A stretch of 64,000 nucleotides of DNA, from the IMG/VR virus record IMGVR_UViG_3300042673_002246; one strand, 5' to 3'. The notes beneath the pieces are model-generated. The model saw nothing but the letters and a program-made list of their open reading frames with translations. It was not told the origin of the DNA and searched no databases. The position numbers were made by a program, and so were the translations under genes. Positions 8,725-16,400 of the stretch are shown here, piece by piece (the first letter of the stretch is position 1; each line of letters begins with the position of its first letter). The stretch comes from a virus.

Positions 8725-10347
8725 TTAGAGATTGTCGATTTGCTCTTCGAGCAGCTGAAACTCAACCAGTGAGGCGAGGAAGTTTGCATCATTTGGCACC
8801 TCATTCTTTTCTGAAGCACCAGCAATCCAGTTTGCTGGAATCAAGCTTTCGAGCTTCAGAGCCCGCGCCCGCTTCATGATGTGCTTCTTCGCTGCTTCTT
8901 TATCCTTGGCGCGACCAAATGCCTGAATTGCATTGCGCAAATCAGCTTCGGTAACAATTGGGTATGAACCGTCCGGAAGAGCCATGCCTTCTTTTGCAAG
9001 GTCCATTCGTCGTTCTTCGTTGAAAGCACGCTTCAAGGCAAGCTCTGCTGCTTCTGCTTCAATTGCTTCAGCTTCATCTTGCTCGTATCTGTCGTATCCC
9101 AGAACCTCTCCATCGAGGGCAACGAAAACATCGTATGACTTCCCGTCGAATCCTTCGATTTCAACTGCGTACGAATCAAATCCTTCGAATACGTCTGGCT
9201 CAACAGCCACGACATGTCCATCGAATGATTTTACTGCGATTTCTGCAGCTTCAGTGAAGTCAATCAACTTGTACTCAGACGCCTCTGATTTTTGCTCAAA
9301 TTCATTTACGTCAAGTTTGTGGAAACCCATAACTTCAGCAGTTGTTCCGTCAATGAATATTTCCTTGACATCTCCACTCTTTGTTTGCACATCAACCACA
9401 AACATGTCCGCATCTGCAGAATAGCCAGAGTCGATAACACGACCATTGAACATCTGTTCAGCAAGTCCTTCAACATGAAGGATTCCTGGCATTCCTTTTT
9501 CCGCAATGCATCCACCTGGGCAGTCATCGCATACTGGGGCCGAGCCAGCATAAGCCTTGCGCTCCAGGGAGCAGACGTAACCTGACGCACCAATGTCCGA
9601 TGGCTTTATGCCCATCGACTTAATACGTGTTTCACGGAGGGCATCCCAGTATTCATTACCGGCATCAAAAGACTTTTCCTCAGTATCTTCTTCTTCGTCT
9701 TCGTCCATTTCTTCTTCGTCTTCTGCGCCCTCTTCGGCTTCTTCTTCCATGTCCATGTCTTCTTCTTCCATGTCCATGTCTTCTTCGTCTTCTTCGTCTT
9801 CTTCGTCTTCGTCCATTTCGTCTTCTGACATATCCATGTCTTCAGCCTTGAACTTACGGCGTCCCTTTGGACCCATTCCGTACATTTTTTCGGATTCAGA
9901 ATCCATCTCTTCCTCGTCTGCGTCAGTGTCGAGGTTTTCGTCATCTTCTTCGTCCATGTCGTCCATTTCTGGTTCGACATCTTCTTGCATCTCTGGAACC
10001 ATGCGCTTTTTGGCCATTGACTCTTCTTCGTCTTCGGCCATTTCCTCGTCATCCATTTCTGCGTACATTTCTTTCATGGATGGTTTCTTCTTTTTCTTCT
10101 TGTTGCGAGAAACCATGTCCTCTGACATTTCTGGCATCATGTCTTCTGTCATATCTTCCGACATGACGCTTTTCCCATCCAATCCCGAAACTGGAACCAT
10201 CTTCATTTCAACTGGTACCGCGCCGCATTTGGCGCAAATTTTTGCGCCCTTGACAAATCCGCACTCGCCAGAAGCAAGTCCTTTCGCGCACTTCAGCACG
10301 TCTCCGTCGCTGTCGATGCTGACATTAACCTTCTCGTCGTAGCTCAT
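8725..10347 (-). CDS. Acidic head/scaffold-like protein: Cys clusters, D/E/M-rich tract, two PepSY-like repeats, C-terminal DUF6582-like domain
   Basis: CAKG...C...CAKCG; long EDEEDMDMEEE tract; IDFTEAAEIAVKSFDGHVVAVE...YAVEI...YDVFVALDGEVLG; ALPDGSYPI...DLRNAIQAFGRAKD...HIMKRARAL. Confidence 0.6.
   Translation of the reverse strand: MSYDEKVNVSIDSDGDVLKCAKGLASGECGFVKGAKICAKCGAVPVEMKMVPVSGLDGKSVMSEDMTEDMMPEMSEDMVSRNKKKKKKPSMKEMYAEMDDEEMAEDEEESMAKKRMVPEMQEDVEPEMDDMDEEDDENLDTDADEEEMDSESEKMYGMGPKGRRKFKAEDMDMSEDEMDEDEEDEEDEEDMDMEEEDMDMEEEAEEGAEDEEEMDEDEEEDTEEKSFDAGNEYWDALRETRIKSMGIKPSDIGASGYVCSLERKAYAGSAPVCDDCPGGCIAEKGMPGILHVEGLAEQMFNGRVIDSGYSADADMFVVDVQTKSGDVKEIFIDGTTAEVMGFHKLDVNEFEQKSEASEYKLIDFTEAAEIAVKSFDGHVVAVEPDVFEGFDSYAVEIEGFDGKSYDVFVALDGEVLGYDRYEQDEAEAIEAEAAELALKRAFNEERRMDLAKEGMALPDGSYPIVTEADLRNAIQAFGRAKDKEAAKKHIMKRARALKLESLIPANWIAGASEKNEVPNDANFLASLVEFQLLEEQIDNL
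9686..9845 (-). repeat. Low-complexity coding repeats (21-bp EEEDMDM-type unit x2; 9-bp EED-type unit x3)
   Basis: tcttcttccatgtccatg and tcttcttcg units on the + strand. Confidence 0.8.
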
Positions 10348-10411
10348 AGAACTCCTGTTTGTGCAGGAAAATGACCGGTCTGGACATTAACCATTAAATT
10401 GTGCTCTAAAT

Positions 10412-10421
10412 TATAACGTAT
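10412..10421 (-). promoter_or_regulatory. Putative -10 element (cgtTATAAT) upstream of the 540-aa gene
   Basis: Perfect TATAAT on the minus strand in the 10348-10489 intergenic gap; AGGAG RBS before the ATG. Confidence 0.5.
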
Positions 10422-10489
10422 CATGTCGCAGCAGCGTGAATTAGCAACATTAACTAATTTCTGCAAATTTATTTACTACTGCAATATTC

Positions 10490-13400
10490 CTATTCTTTTG
10501 TTCCTGATTTGCCGAACATGGTTCGACCTTCTTCTTGAAGTCTCTTACGTGCGTTTTCTAATTGCTCTTTACTGAAAATGTCCTCAATTGTGTGGCTTGT
10601 GCCAAATATTTCATTGAAACGATTGACCACATCCTGAAGCTCGTTGGATGAGTATCTTGGCTCATCACCCTTAATCTTGCTGAAAGTCTTGCCGCGTGTT
10701 TTTGCTGCATTGTTTAGAAGAACGGAAAGATTGCTCGTACCAAGGATGTATTCCTTATTTCTCTTGGTGTTTCCACCAGAACCCTTCTGGGTGTTTGATA
10801 TGAACTCAACCATCGCCTCGGCAACATTTGCCTTGCTTGCGCGAAGTTCACCGTCAAGCTTTTGACCATTTTCTGGCCAAACGCTTTCCGCATTCTCAAT
10901 CATCCCTGTCCGAATCATCTCCTGGATTGCTGCAACTGGCACTCCGTCACTTTCCCATGACTTCCTGTCTTTCGGATTGGTCAAACCGACATCATCCATC
11001 CCGAATGACCGCTTCATTCTTTCTCTTAGCTGAGCCATCCATTCGTCTCTGTCAAGACCAAGATTTTCGATGAGATTATCCAACTTGAAATCTCTTCTTG
11101 ATGTCTTTGCGCCAGCTGGGTTTGTTTCATTGACCGTCGGTGCTGGTGCTTCTGGAACAAAGTCTGGCATTCCCTCGTAAATAAGGTCAGCCTCGGCAGA
11201 AGCTTCGCCATCAGCGTCTTCTGGGTTTGGCGTAAATCTTCCAGTTGCCCTAAATTTTGCCACTGGGTCGACTTCTCCAAGAGTGGAGTATTCATCTGAA
11301 GAAATGATTTGATTTTCTTCCCTGTCGGCCCAGAACGGATATGCGTCTTTCCCAAATGTTTCAATGATGAATCTGTCGCGCATATTGGCTCTACCGAGAT
11401 TTTCGGCAAAACGTTGAGCTGACGACATCTTCTCCACGCCCGGCTCGTCTGAAGTTACTGGCGAGAACAATCTCCATCCACCAAATTCAGGTCTATTGCC
11501 GAGTTCTGCAACGAGGAATCTGACGGCATTGTGGGATATTCCAGAATCATCATCAGAAATCCTCTTTGCATCCTCTGGCGATAAATTTAGCAATCTTGAA
11601 AGGTCGGTGTTGGAAATTGGTTCCGACTTGGTCCACTTTACATCAGCAATTGTGTTGTCTGGATTTCTGACAACATCAAACTCAGTTGGAATTCTGATTG
11701 ATTCCTTCAGGCTCTTTACTGGAAGCATCCATGTATCTGCATCTGGATTCGAAAGATTTTCATTCCCAGATACGCGACCGATAGTTACTTGTGGTCGACG
11801 CTTCATTGCGGCGGCAGCCTTATCCAGGCCCTCATTTATCTGTCGTCTGCGCTCTTTTACTGTTCCGGACTTACTTGACGTATCTAGCGTTATTCCGCGT
11901 TTTCTAAAACCATCCCAGAATCTTCTGGCAAACGCGAATGACTCTCCAGTCTTTGAGCCTCTAATTGCAGCAAGATTTGTAGCATTGATATTGTCCGCAT
12001 AAGTGGACCCGCTACTCATTCTTCGTGCTTTTCTGTCAGCGCGATTTGAACTGTTTACTGAACGTGGCCCACCAACTGCTGCTGTCCGTTCTGGCGCTTG
12101 GACTCCTGGCGTTTCTGGTGCTGAGGTTTCTGTAGTGGCCTGTCGCTCAACATCTCCGCCACGAAGTCTTGCTCGTCTTGCCGACCTGTTGGTCCCAGTT
12201 CCTGGAACTGCTGTTTCAGGTACGCTATTTACGCGACCGCTTGAAAGTATCTCTCTTGCGCCATCAGGGAATACTTGCTCACCATCTCCAAATGGGTTCC
12301 AAAATCCAGAAGGAGCCTGCTGCTCCTCGGTTAGGAACTTTTCAATATATTCAAAACCCTTTGGATTTTTCTTTGGGTCGATAATCCATGACGTTGCCTC
12401 AGACAACTGAATGCGCTTTTTTGCGCGAGTCATCATGACGTAAATAAGGTTTTCCATTTCACGACTTATGTCATTCCCTGGAAGTATCGAACCATCGTCT
12501 TCAAACTTTGGCTGGAAGAAATCGTCTCCGGCAACCACGTTGTCGAATTCCAAACCTTTGGCTGCGTGTGTTGTTAAGAACGATGCATCAACTTCTGGCT
12601 CGTTTGCTGAGTCAGTTATCATTCTTCCAACAAGGCTGAGGAGCAATCCAGTCTCTTCTGGATTATCTCCCTTTATTCTTACAGCGTCATATGCTGGTGC
12701 ATTCGATGAGCCAGCCTTACGTGGTACGTACTGCTTTTCTATTGTGACTTTTCCTTCCAGATTGAGGTCTTTAATCATTTTCTCAATCCGGCGTCGCATC
12801 ATAGGCTTTTCGCCGTTCTTGTCACCTGTGTACTGAATTTTTCCTGCTGCGTCCCTGAACTGGTAGACATCAATTATTCCTTCACCGGAAATAATTACTC
12901 CATTCTCCCATTTCCCATCTGCACCAAGACTTTCGGTATCCAGTTTCCAGAAAACTTCTCTGCTTGGTGTCTGGCCGGTTGGGTTCGGGATGATGTTAAA
13001 TCGCTTATCACGATTCATCTTGTACGCACCCTTGGCTCCACCGCCGCCTTTACCTGCTTTTTGTTTTCCGAGAGCAATTAGTTCCTCACCAGAAACCGTC
13101 GAAGAACTTCCATCTATATTCTTGAATGGGTCAACATCGAGTGGTTCTTCTATTTCTCGTATTCTTGCTCTAGTTAAGACCTCGCCAGTTTGTGGGTCCC
13201 TTCGACCTAGCAATCTGTTTAGCCAGTCAAGTGGGGAAAGTTGATTTCCTTCTGCGTCTCGAACCTGCAAAAGCTTGAGCATTGAACCCAGTTGACCATA
13301 GGATGATTTTTGACCTGCGCGTTTTCTGATTTCCTCCATTGTCCACGCATTGCCAATAATCTTTGATTCGCGTGGTCGTGTCCCAACAGGACGGAGGACA

Positions 13401-16400
13401 AACTGATAGTGGCGTAGGAATTCAACCATGTCTCTGTATTTTTCGGCAGGCAATCCAACGATTTTGTCTGGATGCGCTCCGATGAATTCCAAGGCAGCTG
13501 TAAGGGTGTTTTTGTTTGAATAAGAAATATATGCCCACGTACCATCTGCGCTTGTTGGTATCTGACGGTAGAGGATTCCTTCCGATTCTGGAACGATGTA
13601 ACCACGAGCCTTGTCCAGTAGCTCATTTCTCTCTTTTTCTGGCATATCTGCCAGTGACTGTCCGTCTGGACCAGAAATTCCGTATTTCTTTTGTATTGAA
13701 TCAAGTTTCTTACGCAAATCATTTCCGGTGAGTGTTCCAAGATTGAAGTCATGAGAAACCACATCCTGAAGTCGGCCAAACAACTTGTAGTCCGCAGAAA
13801 CCTCATCAATCCCATTCTGCCTGTCGGTCATGTTTCCACGACCAAGCATCAAGTTTCCAAGGAACGCAACTGTCTTTCCGTATCTGAATGAGTCAGTCAA
13901 CGTCAAGTTGAAATCTGGATTGAGTCGAGCGAATGAGTCAGATGAACCACGGAATCCATAAATTGATTGCCGTGGGTCACCGACCATGACTATTGCAAGA
14001 TTATTATTCGCAATATTGTCTTCAATCACCTTTTGGAGAACTGGGTTTACGTCCTGAGCTTCGTCAAAGAAGAAAGTCGAAATGGGCTTATCTTCCGTTG
14101 CATATCGGCGACGCAATCCGGCGCGTGCTCCACCACCTGTGTAGACATAATCCACACCATCAACTTGGACTATTGAGCCTGGGTCAAGTTTTTTGTCCTG
14201 TGCTCTTGCATCTTTCACTTTTCTTGTGCCGTGACCAACCATTCCAGCGTCTGTACGCAGATTTGGTTTTTGCATAGCCCAAATCTTTACTTGCTGGTCG
14301 TAGTTGGGCAGCACATTGCTCTTCGGGTCGAGCGTGTCAGACCACATTTTGAGTGCTAGGTCAACCCACTCTTGTGGTATCTGGTCGAATGCTGTTTCGG
14401 CAGGGTCGATTGGGTCGCCAGACTCGGCAAGTTGCTTATTTCTTTCAATTTCGTGTGGACGAAGCTTGAAATGTTTTTCACTAAGCGCATCATCATCACT
14501 CTGTGAATAACGAGTAAGGGCGTTGATGAGAACAAGACCATAATCGTCAGCAGTCAGCTCCACCCCTTCGTGGGTAAGTCCGTCTGGGTATTTCGTGCCG
14601 AAATCGTAGTGTCTCGCTACGTCGCGACCACCGCTTTCTGTTTCAAACGAAACGTATCCCAAAGTTCTGAATCCAGCTTTTTTCAATCCTGTTGTATCGA
14701 CAGTTTTTCCACCATATCCCTCTGCAGACGTTTGTCTTGTTGATTTAGGGTTTGCTGATGAGTAGTACTCGTTGCCGGCGCCAATGCCTATCTTTTTTAG
14801 TTTCTCTTTGAACTCTGGAGAAATTCCTGGCCTGTCTTCGAGCAATAGGGACCAGTATGCCAATTGGTTAATCGAAGAGCTTCCTGTGTTGTCAGGCATT
14901 CTACGTGCTGCTTCTGCAGCATTTTTCTTATTGAATGTTATGTAATAAAACTGTGACTCCGGAGATTCCTTGGCCATACGAATAACAGATTGTTCAACTG
15001 TGGTGGTTTTACCTGCTCCGGCTCCTGCGCGAACAGCAGCCAATCCACCTTCACCAGTTTTTGTGAAGTGTGCAACTGTGTCCATAACGTCTTTTTGTTC
15101 ATCAGTCGGCTCAAACTTCATTCCAAACATTTCCATGAACGAACCCTCAGTTCGCTCAATCTTGCGCTTAGGGTCCTTGGCGCCAACAATTGGTCCGCGG
15201 CCAGAAGAAAGACGCTTGTTAATTTGGTTATACGTGTTGCCTTCTTCGTCCTTGATAACGAATCCGGTTATGCCGCTTGAAAGACGATTATTCTCGTAGT
15301 CCTCAAGGATAGTTTTTACTGCAGATGGACCTTGTCCACGAACACGCACGCGTTGACGTACTTTGTTTTCTGGTGTTGGTGTGCCGACAACTGGCTTTTT
15401 CTTTGGAATTGGGATAGTGATTCGACCAACGATTGGCGCTTCAATTGTGTAGTCTTCTTTACCCTTGCGTTCGCTGTCTGGAACACCAGCGCGCTTGCGC
15501 AGCGTTGCTGACTTATTCATAATGTAGTCAACAGCCTGCTGTCCGCCTTCAATTGCACGACGGATTGAGCTTGGGTCGTCCTGCAGTGCTTTGCGCCAGA
15601 ACGCTAGGTACTGAATATGGTCTTCGCGTATTTGAGGCTCTACACCGAGGAATCCCATCGCAAATGAAGCACCGATTTCTGCGATGAGTTCTTCAAATGC
15701 GTATTTCTTTCTCTGTTCTGGGGTGCCCTTCATTCTGCCGCTTAGGTCCCTCTTTAGTCGCGATGGATGGGCTGTCCAGTGAATAATTTCATGCAGAACT
15801 GTTCCATAGAAAGCAATTGGTTCAATAAAGTTCTCAAATGGAGGAACATTTATCGTGTCGTCGTTTGGGTCGTAGAATGCGCTGACTCCCTGTTCCTTGT
15901 ATCTAGGACCAATTTCTTTGATTACATTTTCAATGTCTTCAAGTCGTTGTGCCGCATCAAGTTTTTCTGTTTCTTTGACTTCGTAGACCCATGCTGGCAG
16001 TCCGTCCATTTGGTCGGCGTTGAATACTGTTTCAATTTTGAAACCCTTTTCACCAGTACGAATTCCGTCATCATTTTTTATGTCAAACGGAACGAGGATA
16101 TTGACACCAAGTTCTCCTGGTTTTGGTTTTGCTTTCTTATTCAACTCACGCCACTGCGAACGTCCAGCCCAACGATTTGTTTTGTATTTGCGCTTTGATG
16201 CGACCTGGGAAAGAATCAATTGATTCATGCCTTGATAAATACGATTTCTTCTTGTTGGATTTCGACCGTACAACTCTGGCGAGCGCCAAGGCACTTGCCA
16301 CTGGCCAGCTTTGCTTGGGTCCTTTAATATCTCATCAAGCGCAGCAATAATTGCTTCACCCATTTGCTGGTACATGTCTTTAATACGAGCTGCATCTGCT

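Noticed and set aside
12248-15199. Possible intein or homing endonuclease in the oversized helicase
   Set aside because: The insertions lack Cys/Ser...His-Asn splice motifs and LAGLIDADG/HNH signatures
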